In this document: in pieces, positions 50,719-64,000 of the stretch
How the letters are laid out: the number at the start of each line of letters is the position of its first letter
Position numbering within the stretch: the first letter of the stretch is position 1
Source of the DNA: Lama glama
Lineage: Eukaryota
Assembly: GCA_028534125.1 (NCBI GenBank)
Contig: CM052816.1
Location: 68,760,001-68,824,000, forward strand
Direction: 5' to 3'
DNA: 64,000 bases
The notes under the pieces: model-generated
Told to the model about the DNA's origin: nothing
Database searches by the model: none
What the model saw: only the letters and a program-made list of their open reading frames with translations
Made by a program: the position numbers and the translations under genes

Positions 50719-51129
50719 GTATATATTTAATGTCATTAAGTATGGGTAGTTAGTTAACAGGTAGCATAATTCACTTTGTATTTCTTGCTTTTGTTACTAT
50801 TTTACTGCACTGTTTGCACACTGTAGTAAATATGTTGCATTGTGCACTGCAACCTTGATTTCTATTTTAAACTTCTAAAAAAGTGACAAAAGGAAAAATT
50901 TGCTGCCTTGAGGGAACTTTTCTCTGAAAGCTAGCACAGTCTGGAAATTACTGCTTCTGTTCCTAATACTACAAAATTTTTAATGCTAGTTTTAAGTCAC
51001 TCAGTTTCTTAATTCGTAAAGCTACCAAACAACAGTAGAGCACACCTAATGAAAATTGTATATTTAGAGAGGCATTTGATGTCTACTTTGCTTTAATACA
51101 GTGTTTTCCTTTGACTATTGGAATTGCCT

Positions 51130-51272
51130 GAGGAGTTCTAAAGTAAACTGATGCCTCACTGCCACTCCCAGAGATTCTGATTTAATTGGTCTGATGGGTG
51201 TCCTAATCATTAGAATCTTTCAGGAGCTCGCCAGGTTATTCTAATGTGCATCCAAACCTGAGAACTAATGCT
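51130..51272. mobile_element. MER5A-like hAT fragment
   Basis: CCCAGAGATTCTGATTTAATTGGTCTG...CCAGGTTATTCTAATGTGCA...TGAGAAC. Confidence 0.7.
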
Positions 51273-51560
51273 TTAGTCTAAACTAGTACTATATGAATAA
51301 AGTTTTGTTTTGTGAAAAGAAAAATTAGAAGGTCATACTGCGCTTACAAGTGATTGCTTTGATTTATCTGGGATTTAAGATAAGACTGCAATATCATGTT
51401 TCTTGGCACTTAAAATAGTATTTAATTTACAAAATCTTACTGTCATTTTTCTTTCCAGCTGAATTATTAGTATCTAAGGGCTAAGCCATGTCTTTATACA
51501 TCTTAGTTTTCCTACCACATTTCTAATAGTAGAATTAATGGCACTTAACAGTGTTAATGA

Positions 51561-51941
51561 TGTTCAGTATCACTAATTATCAGAGAAATGCAAATGAAAA
51601 CTACAATGAGGTATCACCTCATACCAGTCAGAATGACCATTATTAAAAAGCCTGCAAATGATAAATGCTGGAGAGGGTGTGCAAAAAAGGGAACCCTCAT
51701 ATACTGTAGGTTGGAATGTAATTTGGTGTAACCACTGTGGGAAATAGTATGGAGATTTCTTAAAAGACTAAAAACAGTTACCATATGATCGAGCAGTCCT
51801 ACTCTTGGGCATGCATCTGGAGGAAACTCTAATTTGAAAAGATACATGCACTTCAGTGTTCTTAGCAGCACTATTTATAATAGCCAAGACATGGAAACAA
51901 CCTAAATGTCCATCAGTAGATGAATGGATAAAGAAGTTGCG

Positions 51942-51985
<44 letters not shown>

Positions 51986-52431
51986 GAATACTATTTAGCC
52001 ATAAAAAGAATGAAATGCCATTTCCAGCAACATGGATGGACCTAGAGATTATCATACTAAGTGAAATAAGTCAGAGAAAGACAAGTATCATGATATCACT
52101 TATATGTGGAATCTAAAAAAAATGATACAAGTAAACTTGTTTACAAAACAGAAACAGTCTCGCAGACATAGAAAACAAACTTATGGTTCCCAGAGGGGAA
52201 GGAGGCTGATAAATTAGGAGTTTGGTACTTACAGATACAAACTACTATGTATAAAGTAGGTAAACAATAAGATCCTACTGTATAGCACAGAGAACTATGT
52301 TCAGTGTCTTGTAGTAACCTATAATGAAAAAGAATATGAAAAAGAACATATATATAAATGTATACCTGAATCACTATGCTGTACACCAGAACACAACATT
52401 GTAAACCAACTATACCTCAATTTAAAAAAAT
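51561..52431 (+). mobile_element. 5'-truncated L1 with 11-bp target-site duplication and internal (CA)n
   Basis: AGTGTTAATGA at 51550-51560 and 52432-52442. Encodes MFLAALFIIAKTWKQPKCPSVDEWIKK (ORF2p end). (CA)n lies at about 51944-51982. Confidence 0.92.
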
Positions 52432-53064
52432 AGTGTTAATGAGAATGAATTCTTCAGTAATTGATTTGTTTTTAGATAAAGTGTATATTTATATTAAATG
52501 TTCTTTATAATTATTTATTTCCTTTTGGTTTTAGTTGGCCAGGATTTTTTAAGTTTATTTTGTGCAGATAGAAACTTTGCCCTCATAACCTTTAATTTTT
52601 TTGGAGGAGATGAAGTGATGCTGAAAAATTTGAATGAGGAAGCAAAGCATTTGTAAAGTTTACTTAAAATACGCCTTTCATATTAAAGAAAGCTGGGACA
52701 GAATTATATTGTGTTTTAATAATCTGTGAGAATACGAGTTTCAGTTTTGCTTTTTTCTGAAAAGTTTATATAACATTTCTTTAAACATCATTCTTTCTTG
52801 ATTATCCATTTTTCTTTTTTATGTCTATATATTCTGGGTTGTTTTTAATTGAAGTATAGTCAGTTAACGTGTCAGTTTCTGATGTACAGCATAATGTCCC
52901 AATCGTGTATATATACATACATTCGTTTTCATATTCTTTTTCACTAAAGATTGTTATAAGATACTGAATTTTTTTTCTTGTGCTATTTTTCTTAATTTGT
53001 TAGTTTAACATTTTAAAAGTTCTTTTCTTCACATCATTGTAAAATAAATTTATTCCAATTGTAG

Positions 53065-53175
53065 GTTGAACATGTTCTTCCTCTCTTGAAGCGGGGCATT
53101 GGTATTCACCATGGTGGTTTACTTCCTATTTTGAAAGAAACTATAGAAATTCTCTTTTCTGAAGGATTGATAAAG
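53065..53175 (+). CDS. MTREX: MTREX exon 13 (111 nt)
   Basis: Encodes [37 protein letters not shown]. Confidence 0.97.
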
Positions 53176-54418
53176 GTATGATTTTATTTTTATTTATTAT
53201 GCCCTAAAATTGTGTTGTGTGAATAGTTTTAAAATTATCAAGAACCCTGTTTATATGCAACTTTTTATTGTTATTGTTATTTTAGGTAGGTGATGTGGAA
53301 TGACTTAGATAATGAACTTGATTTTTATATATGGTGTTATACTTCCCAAATTTTAGACTGTAGGCAAAATGTTTCTTTTCCTATTCTTAAAGTAAGAAAT
53401 GGTAACATTACTGAATACAGGGTAGAATTTTCCAGAGTATTATCAGACCTAGAGTTGATCCTGTAAGTGGACTTCTTTCTGTACACAGATTAGAAGGAGT
53501 AGTTTAGAGAAGACAAGGAGAATTGGTGGTTAAAGTTATGAAAGTTATTTAGGATGTTCTCATTTACACCAAAGAGATTCTAATTTAATTTTTAAATTTA
53601 TCAATGTCTGTACCCAGAATGGGATGTTAAAATGGGAAACAACTCCAAAATGTAGTCGTAAGCTTTTACATGACTCATAAATTATTTTATGTTTAAAAAT
53701 CAGATTGGAATTTTAAACATCAGATTGGAGATTTGTCATGAGAACCTCATCACTAAGTAGGTTATTTAAAAGAAATTTGTTCACCCAAAATACCATACTT
53801 GAAATATTTCAGGTTGAGAATTGGTCACTATTTATACCTGTGTCTGAGTAGGCCCTGTTGATGTTCTCATATAGGTTGCATGTTTTGGTGAGGCCTGTTT
53901 TATTAAAGAATCTTTTAAGTAATATTTGTGGGTTGTAAAATTCACACAGAACTGTTGCACTTAAAGTAAAAAGTTAAAGACCACTGTTGCCCTTGACTTG
54001 CCCAAAATAGCCACTAGCATACATACAAATAATGTGTAATTTAATTTTTAAACAAAAAAAGTGATTATACTACCATGTTATTAACCAGTTTTGTGATATG
54101 GATACCAGTAGTCTACTCTAAGTTACTACCACTAAAATTTAAGAAAGACTATATCCCTGATTATAAATTTCTGAGATGCAAGGGACATTAAATATTATAA
54201 TATAACTTCATTATAATAAATATAAATTAATTGCATGTAAATTGAAAAATTTTGTATATAAAATGCTAAAATACATCTGGGGATAGCAGGCCTTATTTTT
54301 TATAGAGTTTCATTAACTAATTTTAAAATGATTTATTTATACTTGAATACTTTATTTATAAAAATAGTTTTTCTAGCTTAAAATAAATGTTTAATTGTAT
54401 AATTATTCATTCATTTAG

Positions 54419-54520
54419 GCCTTATTTGCCACAGAGACTTTCGCTATGGGAATTAACATGCCAGCTAGAACTGTTTTATTCACGAATGCCCGAAAATTTG
54501 ATGGAAAGGATTTTCGATGG
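54419..54520 (+). CDS. MTREX: MTREX exon 14 (102 nt)
   Basis: Encodes [34 protein letters not shown], containing motif V. Confidence 0.97.
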
Positions 54521-55287
54521 GTAGGTAAAATAATTCATATATTAAAATAACTTTTAGCTTTAATTGTTTTACCTAAGTTGATTTTGGCTCATGTAGTGCT
54601 TGAGATTTTCAGTTCTAAATACGCAAGAACTTGTACCTGAGTAATAAAAGAAATTCATCAAGGTTAAATTTTAGGTGCTTTACATCTTCATCCTTTAGCT
54701 GGCAAGAGGACGTGGGGTAAACTAATTGAAAGAGTTTGGTGATGAGAAATAAGTGTGCAAATGAATAATGAATGTTTTAACACATTTGAAATATATCTAG
54801 AATTTTTATTTCTTTAAGTTATTTAAAGCTCCTCTACTATAGTGGCTACAGTTGTAGCTCACTGTTTAACTCTTCAGATTTTAAATAAAGGTTTTAACAG
54901 GTTTGCACATGTCTTTTCTAAAGCAAAAGAGGAGAGGAAATTGGGATCATGGATGAAATTGTGAATTGGAGTAAAAGTAAATCCTTAATCCAGAGGCGAG
55001 TAACCCATTCAGCAAGACAGTTACCAAACTTAAACTATGGGCCTAGGACAACAGTAGGTACTGAGGATGCTAAATTGAAAACAAAACCAAACCAGTCCCT
55101 TCTGTGAAGAGACCTAGTAGCAGGTGAAAATTTATATTATATTTTCTGAGAAGTATATATATAGGAAGGATAAAGCATAAGAAAAGAAGTCACTTATATG
55201 AGGGATCAGGGAAAGCTTCACATAGAAGGCAGTCCTTAAACTGAGCAACAAGAGCAGATGAATATTTACCAGCCAGGCAGTGGACCA

Positions 55288-55387
55288 NNNNNNNNNNNNN
55301 NNNNNNNNNNNNNNNNNNNNNNNNNNNNNNNNNNNNNNNNNNNNNNNNNNNNNNNNNNNNNNNNNNNNNNNNNNNNNNNNNNNNNNN
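55288..55387. other. Assembly gap (100 N)
   Basis: Run of N. Exon order and strand are unchanged across it. Confidence 0.99.
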
Positions 55388-56472
55388 ATGTTTTGTTTTA
55401 AGTTCATGTAAATTTTAAAGTTCTTCATAGTCTGTTTGTTTGAAATTACTTAATTCTTTGAATAAAATTGGTGCCACAAGAAAATAAATGTCTTTCATGA
55501 CTCTACATTCTCCTTGGCATCCCATGGACTCCAGGGTAATGAAAAGAAGTAAAGTGGATGATTGACTTTAAGAAAATGACCTTTTCTTGATTCAAGATCA
55601 TAATTATGAAATCCAAAAATCATAGTGTGTCATAATGTAATGATACTCTTGAGCCTTGTTGAGATTTTATTGGGCTGCCTCTTTGAAATGTTCTTTTCTG
55701 ATCTTTAGGGTTGGCTTTTTTTTTTTTTTTTGGTTATCTTTTTCTGATGCCTTCCTTGCTCCCAGGTTGTTAGTCTGTTTTTTATGCTGTCAGTAATATG
55801 CCTTCTAGTTAGCATAGTGGTTTGTAACTCTTCTTGAGTCATGTTATTTTTTGAGAACCTGAAGACTGGACCCTTTCTAAAGGAAAAAAAGTATATATGC
55901 ACTTACAAATAAAACTTTACCCAGTGTTCAGATGGTTCAGTGTCACCCTAAAAGATTATATATGGGATACTTACTAATCTTTCTCCCTGAGCTGGTTTTT
56001 ACTGATGAATGAACTCTTCTGAATGCCACAGATATATACTGAGAAAGTAGAAAATTGGGCTTTTTTAGTGTGTGTTTATTTTTATATTAATCTCATTTGG
56101 AAGTTTAAAAAATGTGTTATGATCAAGTCAGAACTGGCATTTAGTAGAATTTGAATCGTTGTTTACTTTCTGGGGCTTCGCTGTTTTCCAGAATATGTAG
56201 CTCAAAGATGTTTCTATGTTGGTGAATTAACCAGTCTTTCCCTGTAGCTATTTGATAATTTTGGAGCTAAAATTTAGTTTTGCAACATTATTCTTAAGTG
56301 TTTTGCATTTTTGTGTTTTTACTTAAACTTTCCTAGAAGTTCATGTTTTGAATCATGTTTCCTTTTTTGGAATGTATAGCTTGTGCTTGTGTATTTTATG
56401 ATAAAAATTTGAAGAATTTTTTTTTTACCAGATTTTCTCCTAAACTTTGCATTTTTTAATATGTTCATTCAG

Positions 56473-56598
56473 ATTTCCTCTGGTGAATACATTCAGATGT
56501 CTGGTCGTGCTGGAAGGAGGGGAATGGATGATAGAGGAATTGTAATTCTCATGGTAGATGAAAAGATGAGCCCAACAATTGGGAAACAACTGCTTAAG
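56473..56598 (+). CDS. MTREX: MTREX exon 15 (126 nt)
   Basis: Encodes [42 protein letters not shown], containing motif VI. Confidence 0.97.
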
Positions 56599-57829
56599 GT
56601 AACCGAGTTCAGTTTCTGTGCCTTCACTAGAAATTAAATAAACATACTTTAGGACTACATCGAAGTTAGTTGTGTCTGTTCAAATACTTTCTGAGTGGAT
56701 GAGTTAATTTACTAAACTGTCTGGGCATAGGAAGGAGGAAGAAGGTGACTGCTCAAAGTACTGGTATTTTGTTACCCTACATTCTAATAGCAAAAGAGCA
56801 AGTCATGCAATGGAGGGACATGAATTCTTAGAGAGGGCAGAAATGTTTACTTTGCCCTCCAAATTTAAGATACCTCTGCATCTGTCCTCTCCACTGCACG
56901 AATTGCTCTTTACCTATCAGAACAGGAAGTAGGGCAGATGATAATCAGTATTTTGGGCAGTTACCTTTCTCTGCCTTTATAAGCCCAGGTAGCTTAATAA
57001 AGTAATTCTACAATCTACCATTCTAATTTAGCTTATTGAGAGATTATAAATATCCCAATAATAAGTTAAAATTTATAAGCTTTATATTGAATTAACCTGT
57101 TCATTTTGCTTGCTAGTATTTGTGTTTTGGATTGTCTAAGATTTTTATTTTCATTTTGTTTTGAAGATCTTCTCAAGGAAGTTTGATCTGGTTACTTTCC
57201 TCCTCCTCAATGTTTTAAGAAATTATTAAGTTGATCCCTAGAGAACACTATGAATAAGATAGGAAACTTAAACATTAGTTAAAAATATAAAATTAACTTC
57301 CGGCTGATTATCTACTTGAAATAAAGCTTCAAAACACATTAAGAGATACAAAGGTCAGTGTCTCTGAAATACACTGTGTTCAAGTTCTAAGACTTAGGAA
57401 TTGTGTGCAGAATTTGAGATATGATTGTAGGTATGCTAAAGCAAAAATAGGTAAAGATCTAGTTTTTTAATATGTTTTTATATGCATGAACATGAAACTT
57501 ATCTGTATATATTCATGGTGATTGTATGGTTTCTTATTTTCAGTTTCAAAAAACACTTGGAAATCCATTTTTAAGCATTGCTTATGTAAAGAAGATGACT
57601 CAAGGTTAAAAATTAGTATTTTTATTATTTTGTTTAAATTTTGTCAGATATAATAAACTATTTTTTCCTTCCTCATACTCTGTGTGGAAAGAATTGAATG
57701 AGGACGTAATATTTTAATAATAACATCTGGTTCCTTTAGTACAGATTTCTTTCATTTCATTTACTTGACATCTCTAGATTTGTTACCTTAAAAGTGTAAA
57801 GTTCTATCATCTTTCATTTCATTAAAATT

Positions 57830-58200
57830 TTTTTAAAATTTTATTGTGGAACACCTAACATGAGATCTGCTCTCTTAATAAATTATTAAGTTGTAAAATA
57901 TGTTGTTGACTGTAGGTACAGTGTTGTATAGCAGATCTCTGGAGCTTAGTTATCTCTTGCTTGAAACTTGATGCCCTTTAATTAATGACTACCCATTTAC
58001 TCCTCCCTTCAGTCTCTGACAACCACCATTCTACTCTTTGATTCCATGAATTTGAGTATTTTAGATACCTCACATCAGTGGAATCATGCAGTGTTTTTCT
58101 TTCTGTGACTGGCTAATTTCACTTAGCATAATGTCCTCAAAGTTCATTCATGTTGCTGCATATTGCAGAATTTTCTTCTTTAAGATTGAATGGTAATTGT
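57830..58200 (-). mobile_element. L1MA-like 3' end
   Basis: ACCTAACATGAGATCTGCTCTCTTAA...AGCAGATCTCTGGAGCTT...ATTTCACTTAGCATAATGTCCTC. Confidence 0.8.
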
Positions 58201-58211
58201 ATAATAATATA

Positions 58212-58566
58212 CTTCTCCACTGGTATTTTCAAGGGATTGGTTCCAGGACCCAGCATCCCTACATATACCAAAATCTGAAGATGCTCAACTCTCTTATGTA
58301 AATGTCATAGTATTTGCATATAACCTATGCACATTCTCTCATATACTTTAAATCATCTCTGGATTACTTATAATACCTAATATAATATAAATACTATGTA
58401 AATAGTTATAAATACAATGTAAATGTTAGTAGTTGCCTATGCTGCATGGCACATTCAAGTTTAGCTTTTAGGAATTTTTCTGCAGTTTTTTTCCCTTCGA
58501 GTATTTTTGATCCATGGTTCATTGAATCCTCAGATGTGGAACACGAGGATACTGAAGGCTGGCTGT
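58212..58566. mobile_element. MER2-like (TcMar-Tigger) DNA transposon
   Basis: GGGATTGGTTCCAGGACCC...ACCAAAATCTGAAGATGCTCAA...TAAATCATCTCTGGATTACTTATAATACCTAATA...GAAGGCTGGCTG followed by TA. Confidence 0.8.
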
Positions 58567-59604
58567 ATAGCCATATTATTTAGCATCCAAATTAGGATAC
58601 TGTAATAGTGAAAGAAAGGGCTATTAGTAATTATATCAATGTAACAGGTGTAAGTTGTGGTTACCCTAGGCTCACTTGGATACAGTGTTAAAATGCTATG
58701 TTGAAATTCTGGTGACTGAATTTAGAATAGGTATATTCTACAGCAGTTAAGAATAAAAAAGCAGAGTTTGAGGTTGAAAATAAACATTTGTATTTTTGAA
58801 GCCCCAGATTTCTTAAAGGAGGTAAATAGTAGAAAAGAAAAAGAATAGTAGAGGCTTGGTCTTTTGCAAAATTGTGAAGTAGCTGAAGTTGTCTTTAATT
58901 CCTCTCTTCCCCAAGAATGTGGTTTTCATACTAATTCCCCATCTCCCGTTGGCCCTGTTTTCAAGGAAAGTAGATAAAAATTAAGGTTTTTAAGGACTTA
59001 CTATCCCACTTGAGTGAGTGGCTCTTGATTTTTTAGAAGTTAAAGAATACTACCATTTGAGACTGTTGAAAGTTCTGCTCCTTCTCCTCATAAAATCCTA
59101 TGTGGATACATTTATATTTCTAAATGTAATAAGACTGGCTTATAGACCTCAACTTAAAAGCCCCTAACTACCCTAAGAGTAGTTGTGTATTTTGCTCTGC
59201 CATTTAGAAATTTGCATGTTTTGTGACACTTCATTTCTAAATATTTCAGCATGTGTCTCCCTATAATTTGGTCATTCTTCTATAATCATTTTTATTCTTA
59301 GGAAGTATTTGCATTTTTAAAAAAATATTCCTGAAGAAACATTGTAAGAAAAATTTAGATCTCAAGGAAGTAGTTTGGATATCAGCCTTGTTTCAAGCTA
59401 GTCACACTATTGTAGATAAATGTTTTATTCTCTCTAGCCATTAGCTAGCCCTTCTTAGGAGGAGAAAGAGGAATTATTGAAGTGAGGATAAGAATGGCCT
59501 GTAAATTTGGGGAAAACATATCAGCAGTTTTATGTTACTCTAGGAAGCTGAGAGTTTCAAGATAACTAATTTTAATCTGCATATCATTCTGAAATAAATT
59601 TAGT

Positions 59605-59950
59605 GTGCTCTGTCAGCACAGGCTAGGTTCTGCTGCAGTAACAAACCTAAATCTCAGTAACTTAATGGTTTCTCTTATGTGTTTTTTGGAGATTTACAGA
59701 GGAGGTTTTGCTTATCATTATTGTTTAGGAATTCGGGCTGGTGGAGAGACCACCATCTTGAACGTTATCAGTCACTGCCAGAAGGAAGAAGATAGCTTTT
59801 CACACCAGCAGTTAAATACTTGGCCAGGAAGTGATACACCACTACAACTTATTTGCCCTATCCCCTGGGGACAAAATGTGTAATCCTGTCAGGTACCTAG
59901 AAGGCAGAGAGCTAAACATACTTGGCAAACAGTATTTTAACTGCAACTGT
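59605..59950 (-). mobile_element. MaLR (MLT1-like) LTR, degraded
   Basis: AGGCTAGGTTCTGCTGCAGTAACAAAC...AAATCTCAGTAACTTAA resembles an antisense MLT1 terminus. Confidence 0.55.
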
Positions 59951-60156
59951 CCTATTTAGTGATTTTTTTCCCCCTTCATTTTCCCAAAGATCAACTGTTT
60001 TGTCACTTTATATTGGTCGTTTAAAGGAAAGAACTTAATATATGTCTGTAGTATTCCCTAATGCAGACTAAATTATTAATCAGTTTAACAGGTTATGAAT
60101 ATTTGTGTGAATTTATTTGAAAAACCTCCAACATTGGCATGTTTTTTTCTTCTTAG

Positions 60157-60307
60157 GGCTCAGCTGATCCTCTAAATAGTGCTTTCCATTTGACCTACAA
60201 CATGGTTTTGAACTTACTACGAGTAGAAGAAATTAATCCTGAATACATGTTGGAAAAATCCTTCTATCAGTTTCAGCATTATAGAGCAATTCCAGGAGTA
60301 GTAGAGA
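60157..60307 (+). CDS. MTREX: MTREX exon 16 (151 nt)
   Basis: GTAAGT donor. Encodes [50 protein letters not shown] plus 1 nt. Confidence 0.97.
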
Positions 60308-61386
60308 GTAAGTATAAAATTACCATAACAGCCTCATTTAGATAGGAGACTAAGTAGCAAAATTACTGCAACATTGGCTGTTTTGGCCATTTTTTTTTTT
60401 TTTTCTGGTAAGCCACATCTTTGTCCTTACACAAAGTAAAGTAAAGTAAGAACTACAGTCTGGTCATTGTAACCAACTAGAATGCTTTAAGTGAAAGTAA
60501 GGAAACTGTCAGGATGAGTTTCTATAGTTATTTCAAACTTAGTATGGTTTATTGCTAGAGACATATCACATAATAACTCATGTTTATGAATAGTAATGTA
60601 ACAAACAGCCTGGTGTATTAAAATTTTACCTGCAAGAAGCGTGTATATTAGTCTTATCCTTTCACCATTTTCTCATTATATAACATTGCCATATCATATG
60701 TTTATGAATGATTAAGGAAACATAATATTTTAACATGGATTTAAGAATTTTTAGCTCTCAATAGTAAGATAATGTTTTCTAAAGTCCAGAAAGTAATTGT
60801 TCCCTGGTAAGTACATTCAAGTAGAATTGTGTATTGTGTGTTAGTCCCTAATTTTAGAAGATACTATGGCTGATCATCATATAGAGCTGATTAAAATCTA
60901 AAATTGAGGCAAAGATTTAAAGTACTGGTTTGGGTAAGTCTTATAAAAATAATGTATGGGGAAATAAAACCCCCAAATTTAGCAAAAGATGCAAAGGAAA
61001 TTTAAGATCATTTGTAGTCTCACACAGAGACAGCCACTGTTAACTATGTGTGGTTCTTCCACCTTTTTTTATATAGATTTTTAAAAATTGTGATCAGATA
61101 CACAGTTTGGTGATAATCATGATGGTAGTTACAATTGATATCATTTGTTAAACATTAATTATATGCCTAGCCTTGTGTTAAATGCTTTACATTCACTAGC
61201 TCACTGATTCTGGCTTTTTAAAATTTAATTTCAAGTATCCTTTGAATGATTACATAATAATTTGTATTTTATAAATGTACTATGATTTATTTAACAGTAC
61301 ACGCAAATTTGAGATATCTTTCTATCACAAGTGGATAGCACTTTCACTCAAGTTATATGTAGCTGCAAGTAAAAGAAGTGTAATAA

Positions 61387-61886
61387 NNNNNNNNNNNNNN
61401 NNNNNNNNNNNNNNNNNNNNNNNNNNNNNNNNNNNNNNNNNNNNNNNNNNNNNNNNNNNNNNNNNNNNNNNNNNNNNNNNNNNNNNNNNNNNNNNNNNNN
61501 NNNNNNNNNNNNNNNNNNNNNNNNNNNNNNNNNNNNNNNNNNNNNNNNNNNNNNNNNNNNNNNNNNNNNNNNNNNNNNNNNNNNNNNNNNNNNNNNNNNN
61601 NNNNNNNNNNNNNNNNNNNNNNNNNNNNNNNNNNNNNNNNNNNNNNNNNNNNNNNNNNNNNNNNNNNNNNNNNNNNNNNNNNNNNNNNNNNNNNNNNNNN
61701 NNNNNNNNNNNNNNNNNNNNNNNNNNNNNNNNNNNNNNNNNNNNNNNNNNNNNNNNNNNNNNNNNNNNNNNNNNNNNNNNNNNNNNNNNNNNNNNNNNNN
61801 NNNNNNNNNNNNNNNNNNNNNNNNNNNNNNNNNNNNNNNNNNNNNNNNNNNNNNNNNNNNNNNNNNNNNNNNNNNNNNNNNNNNNN
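61387..61886. other. Assembly gap (500 N)
   Basis: Run of N. Confidence 0.99.
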
Positions 61887-63035
61887 AATTCAGTGGAAAA
61901 ATAATAGTTTTTCAACGGGAACAATTATTCACATATAAAAAGATTAATTTAAACCCTTACTTTTATCTCACATGATACATAAAAATTAAGTCAAAGGAAA
62001 CCATAATTCTAAATGGAAGAGCTAACACTAGAAACTTCAAGAAGAACATGAGAAAACATCTGTGATATTGGGATAGGCAAAAATACCTTAAGTACAGATA
62101 TCAAAAGCATGATCAATCCATAAAAGAAAAAAAACAGAGAAGTTGAACATCAAAATTAAAATCTTTTGCTCTAAAAAAAGATACCATTAAGATAGTTTAA
62201 AGAATTCTTTATGATGCAGTAAGACCAACAACCCAATTTAAATAATAAGCAAAAGACTGAAAGATATTTCACTTAAGACATACAAATGGCTGATAAACAC
62301 ATGAAATAATAACAGTTAGTCATGAGAGAAATGTAAAATCACTATATGACATTACTATATAGCCACTAAAATAGGTATAATCAAAAAAGATAAAGCCAAG
62401 AGTCGGTAATGACATAGAAAAACAGGCGTCCTCACAACAGTAATGGTAGGAATACAAAATGGTACAGCCACTTTGGAAAACGGTGTGGCAGTTTCCTGAA
62501 GAGTTAAATACATATTCTGCCATAAAATCCAGCAACTACATCCCTAGGTATGCACCTAAGAGAAATGAAAACATGTCCACACAAAGATTTATACATGAAT
62601 GTTTATATCAGAATTACTCATGATGTCCAAAAATACAAAACAATTCAAATGTCTATCAACTAAGTAAGTGTCATGTATCCATAAAATATACTACTTATCA
62701 ACAAAAAAAAGACTACTGACAATGTGAATGAACCTCAAAAATACTATACAAAATGGAAAAAAAAGACAGAAAAGATTCCATATTACATGATTTCATTTAT
62801 ATAAAATATCTAAAAAAGGCAAAACTAGACAGACAAAGCTGATCAGTGTTTGCCTAGGGTTGGAGGTATGGGTAGGTTGAACGCAAACACAAAAAACTGT
62901 ATATATGGAAGTCTAAAACTGGGGAGGGTTGCACAACTGTACAAATTAATTAAAACTCACCAAACTATACACTTATAATGTGTGAATTTAATAGTATGTA
63001 AATTATATATAAAATAATAAAGCTATTTTAAAAAG
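61887..63035 (+). mobile_element. Old L1 ORF2 end and 3' UTR
   Basis: GGTACAGCCACTTTGGAAAAC...AAGAGAAATGAAAACATGTCCACACAAAGA...AATAAAGCTATTTTAAAAA. Confidence 0.85.
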
Positions 63036-63274
63036 CTTTATATAGAATAAAAAAACCAACAACACCAAGAAAACTACTCACATAGATAAACAATCTGCTA
63101 CCAATGTTAAACCTACCACCAGATTTATAAATGTTATACTTGCTACAGTTATCAGCTAAAGTTGGAATTCACCTTAAATCCCTGAATTCCTAGAGGAAAT
63201 CTCTGAGAGCCGTGAACTACTCCCTGAAATGATAAAATCTGGTATGTATATACAAATACACACCACATCAGATT

Positions 63275-63890
63275 TATTTTCTTTACTGAGGTGAAATTCA
63301 TACAATATAAAATTAACCATTTTAAAGTGTACGATTCAGTAGAATTTTATTCACTATGTTGTGCAACGACTACCTCTACCTGGTTCTGAAACATAATTCT
63401 CATCCTCTCAAAAACCCCATTCCCATTAAGCAGTTACTTTTTGTTCCCCTCCTCTCAACATTCCCTGGCATCCACCAATCTGTTTTCTGTCTCTAAGGGA
63501 TTTATCCAACTGGGATAGTTCACATAAATGAGATCACATGGGCTATTTCACACAAATGGCATCATACAATGTGACCTATCGGGTCTGGCTTTTACTCAGC
63601 ATAAAGTTTCATCCAAATTGTAGCATGTATCAGTATTTCATTGCTTTAATGGCTGAATAATATTTCACTGTACAGACAGGCACTGTACAAATTATTTATC
63701 CACTAAGCCACTGATGGACTTTTGGGTTGTTCCTACTTTTCCACTACTCTGAATAAGTGCTGCTATGAACATGCATGTACAAGTATCTGTGTATCTGTTT
63801 TCAATTCTTTGGAGTATATACCTAGAGTGGAATTGCTGAGTCATATAGTAATTCTGTTTAACTTTTTAAGTATCAGACTGTTTTCCATAG
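63275..63890 (-). mobile_element. L1MB-like 3' end
   Basis: TGAGGTGAAATTCATACAATATAAAATTAACCATTTTAAAGTGTAC...ATACCTAGAGTGGAATTGCTGAGTCATAT. Confidence 0.85.
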
Positions 63891-64000
63891 GAGCCTTCAC
63901 CAGATTTTCAAAAGTATCTATAACCCTGGTAAATTTCTTAAATTTCTCTTAATGGTTTCTTAACCCAGAGTATCAGAGCAGATGTCAGCATATATATGAA

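Noticed and set aside
40788..61386. A second, opposite-strand MTREX paralog, or a trans-spliced gene
   Set aside because: The exon sets on the two strands do not overlap and complement each other. The block is bounded by gaps, and its end overlaps the next contig in reverse complement.

Overview
Mammalian genomic DNA, probably a camelid: it has a Vic-like tRNA-derived SINE and a Tigger1a-type deletion element typical of artiodactyls. The window holds the last two coding exons of PLPP1 (PPAP2A, + strand) tail-to-tail with MTREX (SKIV2L2/MTR4 RNA helicase). MTREX exons 19-27 (human numbering, inferred from exon sizes and sequence) lie on the - strand at 8.5-32.3 kb. Exons 6-16 lie on the + strand inside a block (40788-61386) bounded by two 500-N gaps, and exons 17-18 are not visible. 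The first 199 bp of that block are the reverse complement of the first 199 bp after the second gap, so the 'inversion' is almost certainly a mis-oriented scaffold rather than biology. The rest is intronic sequence with L1, L2, MIR, DNA transposons and a truncated ERV. I see no convincing new multi-gene system. The best candidates for new biology are small cis-elements: a 28-bp intronic hairpin, a duplicated acceptor at the MTREX last exon that would give an open 70-residue alternative C-terminus, a palindromic two-way poly(A) signal in the 3' overlap, and an apparently L1-derived branch point. Repeat family names and boundaries are by eye and approximate.
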